A stretch of DNA of 64,000 bases from Dehalococcoidia bacterium (lineage in GTDB: Bacteria > Chloroflexota > Dehalococcoidia > SHYB01), in the NCBI GenBank assembly GCA_963666265.2, contig CAXXHW010000006.1:822325-886324 (forward strand), read 5' to 3'. Both the position numbers and the translations under genes were made by a program. The notes beneath the pieces were generated by a model. That model was not told where the DNA came from and ran no database searches. It worked only from the letters and a program-made list of their open reading frames with translations. Position 1 is the first letter of the stretch; each line of letters begins with the position of its first letter. This document shows, one piece after another, positions 1-9,913 of the stretch.

Positions 1-127
1 ACAATATGATGATGCCTATCCCGATCAACGACCACTTGATAACTCGCCTGTACGGGAAGTTAGGACGCGAAAGGAAGTCCCCGGGAAATTGAGGAGGACG
101 GCCGTTGGGGTCGCCGTTAGAGGCCAT
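1..127 (-). CDS. Partial CDS (N-terminus) of a probable membrane protein, runs off the window edge
   Basis: ATG at 127-125 overlaps the argB stop (TAATG); reads MASNGDPNGRPPQFPGDFLSRPNFPYRRVIKWSLIGIGIIIL with a hydrophobic stretch. Confidence 0.6.
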   Translation of the reverse strand, partial: MASNGDPNGRPPQFPGDFLSRPNFPYRRVIKWSLIGIGIIIL

Positions 128-915
128 TAGGAGTCCATCTCGATTCTTGTTCCGATGGCTTGTCCGAGGATGGAATCTCGCAGGGCGTGAGAGGTTCGCC
201 CGTCCGCGATGACGGAGGAGGGACCGTGACGGAGAGCCCTCAAGCAGGCTTCCACCTTCGGCACCATACCTCCTGCAATAGTTCCCGCTACCATAAGGGC
301 ACGTGCTCTGTCCGCCGAGAGCGCTGGGAACACGGCCCCGCTCTCGTCACGGACGCCAGGCACGTCGGTCAGGAATATGAACCGCTCCGCATTGATCGCG
401 CCGCCGATCTCCGCGGCGAAGGTGTCAGCGTTGATATTGAGCAACGCTCCCATGGGGCCGGAGCCTTCCTCCAGCAGACCGATGGGCGCGATCACCGGTA
501 AGTAGCCGGCATCGAGCAGCGTTTCGATCACCTGCGCATCAACGTTTGTGGGCTCCCCCACCCTGCCCAGGGCTGGGTCTTTGATCCGGGCGCGCACCGC
601 GGCGCCGTCAGCTCCGGAAAGCCCTACGGCACGGCCTCCTAAGGCGCTAAGGGAAGCCACCAACTGTTTGTTCACTAGACCGGCCAGGGTTGCCACCACC
701 ACGTCTATACTTTCGGCATCGGTCACTCGGAGGCCGTCGACAAAGCGGCTGGAGACTCCCAACCGCTCCAGCCATTGGGTGATGGTTTTCCCACCACCGT
801 GGACGACCACAACCTGGACGCCCTCGCGCTGCAGCCACACCAGGTCCTCGAGGGTGGTGTCGTGCTGCCCCAGAGTGCTTCCGCCAATCTTGACTACGAT
901 TCGTTTATCCGTCAA
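127..915 (-). CDS. argB: Acetylglutamate kinase
   Basis: VVKIGG, VVVHGGG, GLRVTD, NINAD, GGMVPKV motifs; adjacent to argJ. Confidence 0.95.
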   Translation of the reverse strand: MTDKRIVVKIGGSTLGQHDTTLEDLVWLQREGVQVVVVHGGGKTITQWLERLGVSSRFVDGLRVTDAESIDVVVATLAGLVNKQLVASLSALGGRAVGLSGADGAAVRARIKDPALGRVGEPTNVDAQVIETLLDAGYLPVIAPIGLLEEGSGPMGALLNINADTFAAEIGGAINAERFIFLTDVPGVRDESGAVFPALSADRARALMVAGTIAGGMVPKVEACLRALRHGPSSVIADGRTSHALRDSILGQAIGTRIEMDS

Positions 916-1019
916 GTTCCCTCGGCTGGCGCGAATAAGCGCGGGTGCTGCTTACGAACAGCAGGGAGGCCACGCGGGGAGCGTGGGCATGGTATACAAC
1001 GGCTGCATTCGAGCCCCGG

Positions 1020-2240
1020 TCATGTCGTGTACTCACTGTTGAATCGAACATACTCTTCAGTAAGGTCGCAGCCCCAGGCCGTAGCCGAATGCTCCCCGAG
1101 ACCCAGGCGGACGATAATCTTCACGTCACTCTCTTTCATGGAGAGAACGGCGAGGTCTTTATGAAAGGGTATCGGCGCGCCGGCGTCGAACATACAGATC
1201 CCATTGAGGTACAGGGCCAGCATGTCCTCCTGGACCTCTGCCCCGCTTCTTCCGATGGCCATCATAAGCCGGCCCCAGTTTGGATCGGCGCCGTGGACGG
1301 CCGTCTTGACCAAGGGGGAGCTCACGACCGTTCGGGCCACCTTCCGAGCATCCTGGGCGCTGGCAGCCCCTTCCACCGTTACGTCTATGAGCTTGGTGGC
1401 TCCTTCGCCATCCCGCGCTATCATCCGTGCCAGGGTCTGGCAGACATCGCTCAAGGCCTGCTGAAAAAGCTCTGCCTCCGGCGTCTCAGCCCTGATAGGC
1501 TTGTTCCCAGCATCTCCGTTCGCCAGCACGACGAGCAGGTCATTGGTGCTGGTGTCCCCATCTATCGTGAGCATATTGAAACTGCTGTCGGCCGCCGCCC
1601 CCAGCGTGGACTGAAGAAAGCCTGGCTCCACCGCGGCGTCGGTACCGACGAAACAGAGCATCGTGGCCATGTCCGGATGGATCATCCCCACACCTTTGGC
1701 CGCGGCCCCCAGCGTGCAGCGCTTCCCGTCGATTTCAAAGCTCACGGCCACTTCTTTTGGGTGGGTGTCCGTCGTCATGATTGCCCCGGCAAAGGAGTGG
1801 CCGCCGTCCGGGGACATCTCGATCTTGTCGATGGCGGGCCGGATCAGGGACATGGGTATCTCGACGCCTATGACCCCTGTGCTGGCCACCAGCACCGACT
1901 CCTGGGCCATCCCAAGCTTGTCAGCAGCCAGCGAGGCCATCTCCATCGCGTCCACCATCCCCTGGGGACCGACACAAGCATTCGCGCAACCGCTGTTGAC
2001 GATCACCGCTTGGGCACGCCCGGACTGCACTCGCTGACGGGTAAGAGTGACCGTGGAGGAGACGATCTTGCTCCTGGTGAAGACCCCCGCCACGGCGGAG
2101 GGCTTATCCGAAGCGAGGATCCCGAGGTCCAGCTTGTCCTGGCCGTATGTCTTAAGACCGGCATAGGTGGAGCCGGCGGTGAAGCCCCGCGCCGACGTGA
2201 CGGTGCCGTTCTCAACGGTGTTGATCAACTGTTCCGACAT
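1020..2240 (-). CDS. argJ: Bifunctional ornithine acetyltransferase/N-acetylglutamate synthase
   Basis: NSGCANAC, STGVIG, IMTTDT, KGVGMIHPDMAT(ML) autoproteolytic motif, DGEGATK, DPNWGR. Confidence 0.96.
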   Translation of the reverse strand: MSEQLINTVENGTVTSARGFTAGSTYAGLKTYGQDKLDLGILASDKPSAVAGVFTRSKIVSSTVTLTRQRVQSGRAQAVIVNSGCANACVGPQGMVDAMEMASLAADKLGMAQESVLVASTGVIGVEIPMSLIRPAIDKIEMSPDGGHSFAGAIMTTDTHPKEVAVSFEIDGKRCTLGAAAKGVGMIHPDMATMLCFVGTDAAVEPGFLQSTLGAAADSSFNMLTIDGDTSTNDLLVVLANGDAGNKPIRAETPEAELFQQALSDVCQTLARMIARDGEGATKLIDVTVEGAASAQDARKVARTVVSSPLVKTAVHGADPNWGRLMMAIGRSGAEVQEDMLALYLNGICMFDAGAPIPFHKDLAVLSMKESDVKIIVRLGLGEHSATAWGCDLTEEYVRFNSEYTT

Positions 2241-2287
2241 GGCCTACATACTATAACACCCTGGGCTAACCAGGGCCTGCGAGGCTG

Positions 2288-3535
2288 CTAGCTTCCCAGC
2301 CCCAGGTCCCGCAGTATGGACCCATAGCTGGCGTAGCCGGCGATGGTGAAAAGGAAATCGCTCAGACTGTCGCTACTTTCCCGAAGTCCCCGCATCTGTT
2401 CTCCTATGGGACTGACTGAGCCCGGCCTCTCAGCGTAGGTGCCGTTGAAGGCGAAGAACGCCTGGTTCAGTTTTCTGAAGACAAATCCGTTCTCCGCCAT
2501 GAAGAGGCGCCGTTGCTCCATGTAGGCCTCAGCCTCCTCGATCAGTCCCTGCCCCAGGAGCCGGTCAGCCATAAGCCGGGTCTCCCGCATCTCCAGATCG
2601 AAGTCGAACTCTGGCCCTTCGCTATCGGCGGGCGGAGGATCGGGTCCCGGCTCCGCCAGGTTCTCCTCCTCTGGTTGGGCAAAGAAGCGCCGGTACACCT
2701 CCAGGCCGATCTCTTGGCCCACGATGTCGGCGACGGTCTCGTTGACGGTCGTCATATCCCCGCTGGCCCAGTAGCTTCTGCCCAGGGGGTGGAAGAACAA
2801 GTAATGGTGGACCCACTCGTGAGCGGCTGTGGTCAGGACCGACCTCAGCGACCGGTCATCCGGCACCAGGCTTGGGTAAGTGGCTACGCCCGCGATCCCG
2901 GACACCAGACTCGACAGGTCGCGCAGATCGATGGTCTCCTCCAGGGCCACAATTTCATCAGCGTTGATATCCGGGTCCAAGAGATGGGTCTCCTGCAACT
3001 CGATCCTGTCTCTAGGAGAGACGATGAGGAGCCGAGGGACCTCGGCCAGACGAAGGTCGACCGGAGGCCACAGAAGCCCGGCGAACAGGAATGTACTGGA
3101 GATCCCCTCGTCTTTCAGGACACGCGAGATCATACCTTCCATGGTCCGCTCCACCGAGCTTTCCAGCTTGTTCCGGCGGCTTTCGAGCTCCTTCACGCGA
3201 TTCTCCAGCGTAACCCTGTCCGCCTCACCGTCCAGTCCAGCCAGGACACCACGAAGGCCATCCTTCTCCCGGTTGATCATCTTGGTTAGCTCGAAGTAAC
3301 GCCGCACCTCCTGGACATCCTCCTCCTGGCTCGAGGAGCCGGGGAACAGCTCCTGGAAGGTGTGTATCCATTTCCTGGGAAAATTTCCGATCTCCCATCC
3401 GGCGACACTGAACAGGTGCGGACGAGCAATCTGGAGGATGGGGCTGCCAGCCCCGAAGGTGTCCCCGCTAAGGAAGACTACCGAGAGCACCAGAAGAAAA
3501 GTCCAAATTCCCTTCGCAACCCGCCTTCGCTTCAT
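2288..3535 (-). CDS. Membrane-anchored/secreted hypothetical protein with gluzincin-like HExxH...NExxA motif
   Basis: N-terminal basic + hydrophobic segment; AHEWVHH followed by NETVA. Confidence 0.7.
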   Translation of the reverse strand: MKRRRVAKGIWTFLLVLSVVFLSGDTFGAGSPILQIARPHLFSVAGWEIGNFPRKWIHTFQELFPGSSSQEEDVQEVRRYFELTKMINREKDGLRGVLAGLDGEADRVTLENRVKELESRRNKLESSVERTMEGMISRVLKDEGISSTFLFAGLLWPPVDLRLAEVPRLLIVSPRDRIELQETHLLDPDINADEIVALEETIDLRDLSSLVSGIAGVATYPSLVPDDRSLRSVLTTAAHEWVHHYLFFHPLGRSYWASGDMTTVNETVADIVGQEIGLEVYRRFFAQPEEENLAEPGPDPPPADSEGPEFDFDLEMRETRLMADRLLGQGLIEEAEAYMEQRRLFMAENGFVFRKLNQAFFAFNGTYAERPGSVSPIGEQMRGLRESSDSLSDFLFTIAGYASYGSILRDLGLGS

Positions 3536-3673
3536 TCCGCCAGCATACCTCCGGGTTCAGGATACCTCACGGGAACGGACGGAAGAGAGACGTCCCTTTC
3601 AAATAGTACGATACTTCCTGTAGTACGATACTAGCTGTAATGCAGCCCTGGAATGGGGTGAAGCCGGGATGAT

Positions 3674-3702
3674 TTGCAGAGCCCGGATACCTCGCCTACA
3701 AT
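3674..3702 (+). promoter_or_regulatory. Sigma70-type promoter for the EF-G2 gene
   Basis: TTGCAG-17 nt-TACAAT; AGGAGG RBS upstream of the ATG at 3757. Confidence 0.55.
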
Positions 3703-3756
3703 GGGTCAGGTTTTCTGTTGTGATCAGGTTTACTGTTTACAGGAGGCACCAGTCGC

Positions 3757-5784
3757 ATGCAGATCTACAACACGGAGTCGATAAGGAATCTAGCCCTTCT
3801 CTCCCACAGTGGCGCCGGCAAGACCGCGCTTTCGGAGGCGATGCTCTTCTCTTCCGGAGCAATCAACCGTCTGGGGCAGATAACCGAAGGCAACACCGCA
3901 TCGGACCATGAGCCCGAGGAGATCGAGCGCCAGGGCAGTATCCAAACCACTATCGTTCCTTGCGAATGGCAAGGCAAGAAGATCAATGTGCTGGACACAC
4001 CAGGCTACGCAGATTTTGCTGGGGAGGTTGTCTCAGCTCTCGAGGCCGTGGACTGCGGGGTAGTGTTGGTCAGCGCGGTCGATGGCGTAGAGGTCGGGAC
4101 CGAGGCAACCTGGCAGCGGGCCGAGGGGCTGGGGCTGCCTAGAATCGTCGTGATCAACAAGCTGGACAGGGAGAATGCGGACTTTTTGCAGTCTCTCGAG
4201 ACCATCCAGGGGAAATTCGGCCGCAGGTGCATCCCGGTCCAACTGCCCAAGGGCACCGGCGCCTTCGAGGGAGTAGTAGACCTGTTGGACCCCTCCGCCT
4301 CCGACCAACACCCCCGGTTCGCCGAGTTCCACGAAGCGCTGGTAGAGGCGGCCGCCGAGGCGGAAGACTCCCTGACGGAGAAATACCTTGAGGAAGGGGA
4401 CCTCTCTCAAGAAGAGCTGGTACAGGGGCTGAAGATCGGCATCGCGGCCGGCTCCCTTTTTCCCGTTCTGGCGACCTCGGCAACCCAAGAGGTGGGCATC
4501 ACTCAGCTCCTGGACTTCATCGCGGAGTACGCGCCGTCACCGTTGGACAGGCCCGCAACGGAGGCCAAGAACGCGTCTGGCGACTCCGTGCAGATAACAC
4601 CGGGGGATGATGCACCTTTGGCGGTAAAGGTCTTCAAGACGACCGCCGACCCTTACGTCGGCAAGCTGTCCTTCTTACGAGTGGTGGGTGCTCCTCTTAA
4701 AAGCGACACCCAGGTTTGGAACGTCAACAAGGGGCAGACCGAACGAGTAGCCCAGCTCTTTGTGCCTCGCGGCAAGGTCCAGGATGGGGTGCCCTCCCTG
4801 GCATCGGGGGATATCGGCGCCGTAGCCAAACTTCAACACACAGGCACTGGCGACACCTTGGTCCAGAAGGACAAGACGGTGACGTTCCCCAAGTTCGAGT
4901 TCCCCAGCCCTGCACACAGCATCGCCATCTCCCCCAAGACCAAGACGGACATGGACAAGATGGGCACTTCCCTGACCAGACTAATAGAGGAGGACCCAAG
5001 CCTCCAGGTCACCAGGGACCAGGCTATCAGCGAAACCGTGCTCTCGGGCCTTGGCGAAGCCCATGTCGATGTAGCTTGCAAGAAAATGAAGAGGAAATTC
5101 CAGGTAGATGTGCTGACCGCCACACCGTCAATCCCCTACCGGGAAACGATCAAGACAAAGATCAGGACCGAGTACAAGCACAAGAAGCAATCGGGCGGGC
5201 ACGGTCAATACGCCCATGTCTACCTCGAGCTCGAGCCCACGCCCCGCGGGAGCGGCGTCGAGTTCGGTAACAAGGTGGTCGGCGGGTCCGTCCCCAAGGA
5301 GTACATCCCTGCGGTGGAGAAGGGGGTGATGGAGGCAGCCCATCAGGGAGTGATCTCAGGCAACCCGGTCGTGGATGTCAAAGTCACCCTGGTCGATGGG
5401 AGCTCCCACTCCGTGGATTCTTCCAACATGGCGTTCCAGATAGCTGGAAGTCAAGCGCTAAAGAAGGGGCTGCAAGACGGCGCTTCGGTTCTCCTGGAGC
5501 CCATCATGCGGGTGGGGGTGACCGTGCCGGACACCTATACCGGCGACATCATGGGAGACCTGAATGGGAAGCGAGGACGTGTATCGGGCACCACACCCCA
5601 CAACGGGGCCACTCTCGTGGAGGCTCATGTCCCGTTATCGGAGATGCAGCGCTACGCAACAGACCTGCGCTCCATGACCCAGGGGCGCGGCAGCTACACC
5701 ATGGACTTCAGCCGCTACGAAGAGGTACCGGCTAACCTCGCGCAGAAGGTGGCGGAAGAGACAAAGCAACACGCGTCATCATGA
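3757..5784 (+). CDS. fusA: Elongation factor G paralogue (EF-G2 type)
   Basis: HSGAGKT, DTPGYADF, NKLD, KQSGGHGQY, LRSMTQGRG; RQGSI in place of RGITI and Tyr in place of the switch-II His; not in a str operon. Confidence 0.92.
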   Translation: MQIYNTESIRNLALLSHSGAGKTALSEAMLFSSGAINRLGQITEGNTASDHEPEEIERQGSIQTTIVPCEWQGKKINVLDTPGYADFAGEVVSALEAVDCGVVLVSAVDGVEVGTEATWQRAEGLGLPRIVVINKLDRENADFLQSLETIQGKFGRRCIPVQLPKGTGAFEGVVDLLDPSASDQHPRFAEFHEALVEAAAEAEDSLTEKYLEEGDLSQEELVQGLKIGIAAGSLFPVLATSATQEVGITQLLDFIAEYAPSPLDRPATEAKNASGDSVQITPGDDAPLAVKVFKTTADPYVGKLSFLRVVGAPLKSDTQVWNVNKGQTERVAQLFVPRGKVQDGVPSLASGDIGAVAKLQHTGTGDTLVQKDKTVTFPKFEFPSPAHSIAISPKTKTDMDKMGTSLTRLIEEDPSLQVTRDQAISETVLSGLGEAHVDVACKKMKRKFQVDVLTATPSIPYRETIKTKIRTEYKHKKQSGGHGQYAHVYLELEPTPRGSGVEFGNKVVGGSVPKEYIPAVEKGVMEAAHQGVISGNPVVDVKVTLVDGSSHSVDSSNMAFQIAGSQALKKGLQDGASVLLEPIMRVGVTVPDTYTGDIMGDLNGKRGRVSGTTPHNGATLVEAHVPLSEMQRYATDLRSMTQGRGSYTMDFSRYEEVPANLAQKVAEETKQHASS

Positions 5785-5864
5785 CGGGTGATTCGTGTGC
5801 CGCATCAGAAGGGCGCCTACAAATTCAGTAACGAGCGCTTCGCAGGCGCCGGGGTACCGTCCCT

Positions 5865-5888
5865 GAGGGACACCGCGCGGTGTCCCTC
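5865..5888. repeat. Perfect 24-bp palindrome between convergent genes (REP-like or terminator)
   Basis: GAGGGACACCGCGCGGTGTCCCTC is its own reverse complement. Confidence 0.7.
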
Positions 5889-5909
5889 GCAGCTGGCCTG
5901 CGTTGCCGC

Positions 5910-6350
5910 CTACGTAGCGGGGGCCTGCCAGATAGTATGGTACTGGTCGCCGGTGATAACGGCGGCCATTTCCTCTTTCTCAAGTTTGCGCAGCTCATCC
6001 AGGGCGTCGGCGCAAGACTTCACGCTACCCTTGTCGCCTGTGGCGGCGCATCGCTCAACGAGCATGTCCCAAATGCCCATACGCACCAGGCTGTCTACAT
6101 ACTTGGGCCATGGGAGGATCGCAAGCTTCTCGGGCTGAGGGAAACGCGGCCGTAGCTTCTTGAGGCTCCTTACCCGTTCCTCAATGGAGTTGACCATGGG
6201 CAGCAGCCGCACGACGGGAGGGTCCTCCACGTCCGTTCGGAGGTCTACTACCAGGGTCTTCCTCAACAGCGGAAAGTAGAAGCAGACCACTTCGGCCCGC
6301 TGGATGTTCCTGCTGATCTCGTCCATATCCATGCGGTAATCGCTGTTCAT
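5910..6350 (-). CDS. Hypothetical protein, co-oriented downstream of etfA
   Basis: 146-aa ORF with GAGGAG RBS and protein-like composition. Confidence 0.75.
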   Translation of the reverse strand: MNSDYRMDMDEISRNIQRAEVVCFYFPLLRKTLVVDLRTDVEDPPVVRLLPMVNSIEERVRSLKKLRPRFPQPEKLAILPWPKYVDSLVRMGIWDMLVERCAATGDKGSVKSCADALDELRKLEKEEMAAVITGDQYHTIWQAPAT

Positions 6351-6395
6351 CTACCAGTCTCCTCTTCCAAACCCTCAGCGGATTGGCCGCGTACG

Positions 6396-7379
6396 CTACG
6401 CTCCCCGTAACTCTCGGCACATCTCGATGAACGCTGGCAGGACTTCTTGCCAGTCCCCTTCCACGCCGTACCGGGCCTCCTTGAACATGGTGCAGTCCTT
6501 GTCCTTATTGATGGCGACGATGGTCTTCGATCCGGAGCAGCCCGCCATATGCTGGCTGGCTCCGGAGATAGCCACCGATATGTACAGGTTCGGCGTGACA
6601 GTCTTGCCTGTAAGTCCCACCTGGAAGGAGTGCGGCAGCCATCCAGCGTCGCAGACGGCGCGGCTGGCACCCACGGCGCCGCCCAGGATCTTGGCCAGGT
6701 CCTCAAGCTGCTCGAAGGGCTCCGGCCCTCCAAGTCCTCGGCCTCCTGAGACCACCACAGGAGCATCCTCAAGCCGCATGCCGGTGGACTCCTCCTTCCG
6801 CACCTCAAGGACCTTGACCTTCAGGCTGCCTGGATCGATGGTTACGTCCAGTGGGGTGACCGATCCCGCCCGCGAGTCATCTCGTTCCAAGGGCTCAAAG
6901 GCTTTGGCCCTGACCGTCGCCACGCGCACATCGGTATTGGTCTCTGAAACGGCCAGAGCGTTTCCGCCGTACACCGGCTTGGTGGCGATGAGCCCTTTGC
7001 TGGGGTCCTGCTCGAGCTCGACGCAGTCCATCACCACCCCGGCCTTTAGCCGGAAGGCTAGCTTGGGCGCCAGGTCCTTCGTGGCGTCGGTATGGCCCAT
7101 CAGCACAACCTGCGGAGTGTCAGCCTCAATCGCGTGCTGCAGAAGCTGAAGATAAGCGTCCGGCTGGTAACCGGCCATCTCCCCATCCTCATAGGTGTAG
7201 ACCTTGTCGGCCCCAAAGGCTACCAGCTCTTTGGCCACCGCCTCTGTGCCCTTCCCAATAACAACGGCTGAGACGCCGCCGCCCAACCGGGTCCCGACGC
7301 CCAGGGACTCTTTGGCCGCAGCCGTTAGTTTACCGTTGTTCACTTCGGCAAAGACAAGGACTCCTTGAGAATCTGCCAT
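6396..7379 (-). CDS. etfA: Electron transfer flavoprotein alpha subunit
   Basis: VVSGGRG, GASRA, QVGLTGKTV, ISGASQH, AINKD motifs. Confidence 0.95.
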   Translation of the reverse strand: MADSQGVLVFAEVNNGKLTAAAKESLGVGTRLGGGVSAVVIGKGTEAVAKELVAFGADKVYTYEDGEMAGYQPDAYLQLLQHAIEADTPQVVLMGHTDATKDLAPKLAFRLKAGVVMDCVELEQDPSKGLIATKPVYGGNALAVSETNTDVRVATVRAKAFEPLERDDSRAGSVTPLDVTIDPGSLKVKVLEVRKEESTGMRLEDAPVVVSGGRGLGGPEPFEQLEDLAKILGGAVGASRAVCDAGWLPHSFQVGLTGKTVTPNLYISVAISGASQHMAGCSGSKTIVAINKDKDCTMFKEARYGVEGDWQEVLPAFIEMCRELRGA

Positions 7380-7415
7380 GAATCCGGGTCTCCTTTCGCC
7401 TCGAAGGCTCCTTGG

Positions 7416-8216
7416 TTAGATCAGCTTGTCTTCTCGAAGCTTCAGGGCCAACTTACGACCGGCGTCGGCGCCATTGTCACCTTCGATGAACTCGCATTCC
7501 TTTTCAGTCGTGGGGATGAACAGCCTGGTCATATGAATTCGCCGGCCCGCCGCACCTAACATCGCGGGGTCGGCTCCGATGTCCGCCGGCCCCCAAACCG
7601 TAGGCTGCTTGCGGCTGGCCTGCATGATCCCTCTCAGCGTCGGGTAGCGGGGCTCACCGAGCTCGTTGCTGACGGTCACCAGCGCGGGTAGCGGGGCCTC
7701 GACCAGCTCGGTGCCGTCCGTCCGCACACGCTCCACCAGCACCTTACCGTCCTTGATGGCCACGCTCTTGCCGATGGTTATACACGGCACCCCCAGCATA
7801 TCGGCAACGCCGGGTCCCACCAGGCTACGGTCCGTGTCCGAGGCCTGTCGGCCGCAGATGATCAGATCAAAATCGCCGACCTTTTTGACGGCCATGGCCA
7901 GGGCATAGGCGGTCGAGTAGGCATCGCCGTCCTCGAAGGCGTCATCCTGGAGAAGGATCAGCTCGTCAGCGCCCATGGAAAGGGGCTTCTTGATCACGTC
8001 CATGACCAGACCTTTACCCATGCTGATAACCGTTACCGTGGCATCGTGCTGCTCCTTCAGCTGCAACGCCGCCTCGGTGGCCTGCTCATCGAAGCCGTTG
8101 ACTACGGGGGGGATCCCGGGCACCGGTACCACCTTGATAGCGGCCTCGTCTATCTTGAAGCTCGCCTGGGGGGTCTCAGGGTCCATCACCTGCTTGACAA
8201 AAACGATGATCCTCAT
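7416..8216 (-). CDS. etfB: Electron transfer flavoprotein beta subunit
   Basis: MRIIVFVKQV start (ATG 8216), CGRQASD, EPRYP motifs; adjacent to etfA. Confidence 0.95.
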   Translation of the reverse strand: MRIIVFVKQVMDPETPQASFKIDEAAIKVVPVPGIPPVVNGFDEQATEAALQLKEQHDATVTVISMGKGLVMDVIKKPLSMGADELILLQDDAFEDGDAYSTAYALAMAVKKVGDFDLIICGRQASDTDRSLVGPGVADMLGVPCITIGKSVAIKDGKVLVERVRTDGTELVEAPLPALVTVSNELGEPRYPTLRGIMQASRKQPTVWGPADIGADPAMLGAAGRRIHMTRLFIPTTEKECEFIEGDNGADAGRKLALKLREDKLI

Positions 8217-8292
8217 CAACTCACCGAGGTCCTTTCCCGAAGCCAATATCGTTTGACATACGTAACCCGCAACGGGTGTGCGGGGCAACGGT

Positions 8293-8322
8293 ACTCTACC
8301 ATTCGAGCGGTTTTAGTGTCAA
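8293..8322 (-). promoter_or_regulatory. Sigma70-type promoter for etfBA
   Basis: Minus strand TTGACA-18 nt-TAGAGT. Confidence 0.55.
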
Positions 8323-8351
8323 GGAAAAACCGCCATCGGCAGGCCTGGCGA

Positions 8352-8765
8352 CTACCGGTCATAGACCATAAATTCTAGCAGGTTTCCGTCTGGGTCTCGG
8401 ATGTACACGCTTTGGGAAGGTACAGCACCGGCGCCTCTCCCACCCCGCCGTTGGACCGGCCCCTCCAGGACCTGCACCCCTGCCCCTTTGAGCATTTCAA
8501 CTACCTGGTCGACGGTCCCCTCCCAGACGAAGCAGAGATCGCCGCAGCCTGGCTCGGCGCTCTCTCCTCTAAGGTTTGCTACAAGGCCGGCCGGGTGGAC
8601 ATTGATAATGTTGTTGGGCCCCACCTGGACCATGAAGATGGCACTCTTGCCCTGCCGCCATTCCTCTTCCTTCAGGAATCTGAAGCCGATACGCTTGTAG
8701 AATTCCAGGAACCGCTCAGAGTCTGCGGTCGGTATGGCCACGTGGTCGAAGCTTATTACAGGCAT
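8352..8765 (-). CDS. VOC/glyoxalase family protein
   Basis: FDHVAI, GCGDLCF, SVYIRDPDGNLLEF. Confidence 0.9.
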   Translation of the reverse strand: MPVISFDHVAIPTADSERFLEFYKRIGFRFLKEEEWRQGKSAIFMVQVGPNNIINVHPAGLVANLRGESAEPGCGDLCFVWEGTVDQVVEMLKGAGVQVLEGPVQRRGGRGAGAVPSQSVYIRDPDGNLLEFMVYDR

Positions 8766-8804
8766 GACGCCCTCCCTCAGCGCTCATCCTTACCCCTGGG
8801 ACCG

Positions 8805-9758
8805 CTATCCTGCAAACGCCGGCATCACCTTGGCGGCGAACCACTCCATGTGGCGCATCAGATCGCTGGGCTTTTCCCAATTGAACCGGATGTACAGGTG
8901 ACTGAATCCGGCGTCTCGCTGCCGTTCAATAGCCTCGATCACGGCCTCCGCCTCGTACGGCAACCCCTCCGAGAGGCTTCGCACGTTAGCATGGTGCGTC
9001 CGGTCCGTCGTGGTCGTAAATGGGGTGGACACCTCCCGGTCCCCAACCTCCAAGCTGTGAGAGAACCTGAACCGGTCAGGGTCTCGTCCCAGGGCCTCCA
9101 GCTGCTCCTTAATCCACGCGACCTTCCCCGGCAGGTCTTCCTGGTTACTGGCCATGGGCACCACCCAGCCGTCGCCGAGCTCGACAGCCCTACGCAAGGC
9201 CCGCGGGCTTTCGCCACCGATCCAGATGGGAAGGTGCGGCTTTTGCAGGCACTTTGGCAGGAAGCCCACGTTGGAGAAGGTCGCGTATTTCCCTCGGAAG
9301 GCGGGCTCCTCTTCAGTCCACAGGACCTTCATCGCCCTGACATACTCATCGGTCAAGGCCCCTCGCTCCTTGAAGGGAATGCCGAGAATGCTGAACTCCT
9401 CGGGAAGCCACCCGGTACCAACCCCGCATATTATCCGACCGCCGGAGACCACATCCAACGTCGCCAGCATCTTGGCCGTCTGAACCGGTGGCCTGTACGG
9501 GACTACCAGTGTGTAGAAGATGAGCTTGATGCGCCTGGTGACGGTGGCGAGGTAGGAGGCCAGCACAAAGTTGTCGTACCAGAGAGCCCCCGGTGAAGGT
9601 CCGCCGGGCCGCCCCGGCATGACGATATGCTCTGTTAAATTTATCCCGAAAAAGCCAAGCTCGTCCGCTAAGCGGGCAGCCTCCCCCATCGCCTCAACGC
9701 CACCCCATCGGGAATGGGGTGAGAGTCTGAACAAGGTAAAGTCCAGTTGCTTATCCAT
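8805..9758 (-). CDS. Luciferase-like (LLM) flavin/F420-dependent oxidoreductase
   Basis: EHIV, AKMLATLDVVSGGR, GVGTGW..EEF, PIWIGG; start placed at MDKQLDF. Confidence 0.9.
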   Translation of the reverse strand: MDKQLDFTLFRLSPHSRWGGVEAMGEAARLADELGFFGINLTEHIVMPGRPGGPSPGALWYDNFVLASYLATVTRRIKLIFYTLVVPYRPPVQTAKMLATLDVVSGGRIICGVGTGWLPEEFSILGIPFKERGALTDEYVRAMKVLWTEEEPAFRGKYATFSNVGFLPKCLQKPHLPIWIGGESPRALRRAVELGDGWVVPMASNQEDLPGKVAWIKEQLEALGRDPDRFRFSHSLEVGDREVSTPFTTTTDRTHHANVRSLSEGLPYEAEAVIEAIERQRDAGFSHLYIRFNWEKPSDLMRHMEWFAAKVMPAFAG

Positions 9759-9913
9759 GAACGTGGCCTCGTTCTCGGCTGCTTCCGCCCATGCCGCAGC
9801 GCCGCCATTTACACAAGTCCTACGGGCGTTTAGGAAGTATGGTAGCATGTCAGCCTGAAAAGGTGGGTACTGACAACATCCCATTGCCCTCACCGCCGAA
9901 AAGTCAGGAGCAG

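Noticed and set aside
945-2291. Long antisense ORFs (e.g. 945-2291, 8412-9596, 14542-15576, 18018-19274, 51025-52140, 56712-57728)
   Set aside because: They shadow well-supported genes on the opposite strand, as expected in GC-rich DNA, and show no family motifs
3757-5784. Altered GTPase motifs in EF-G as a novelty
   Set aside because: Consistent with the known EF-G2 subfamily
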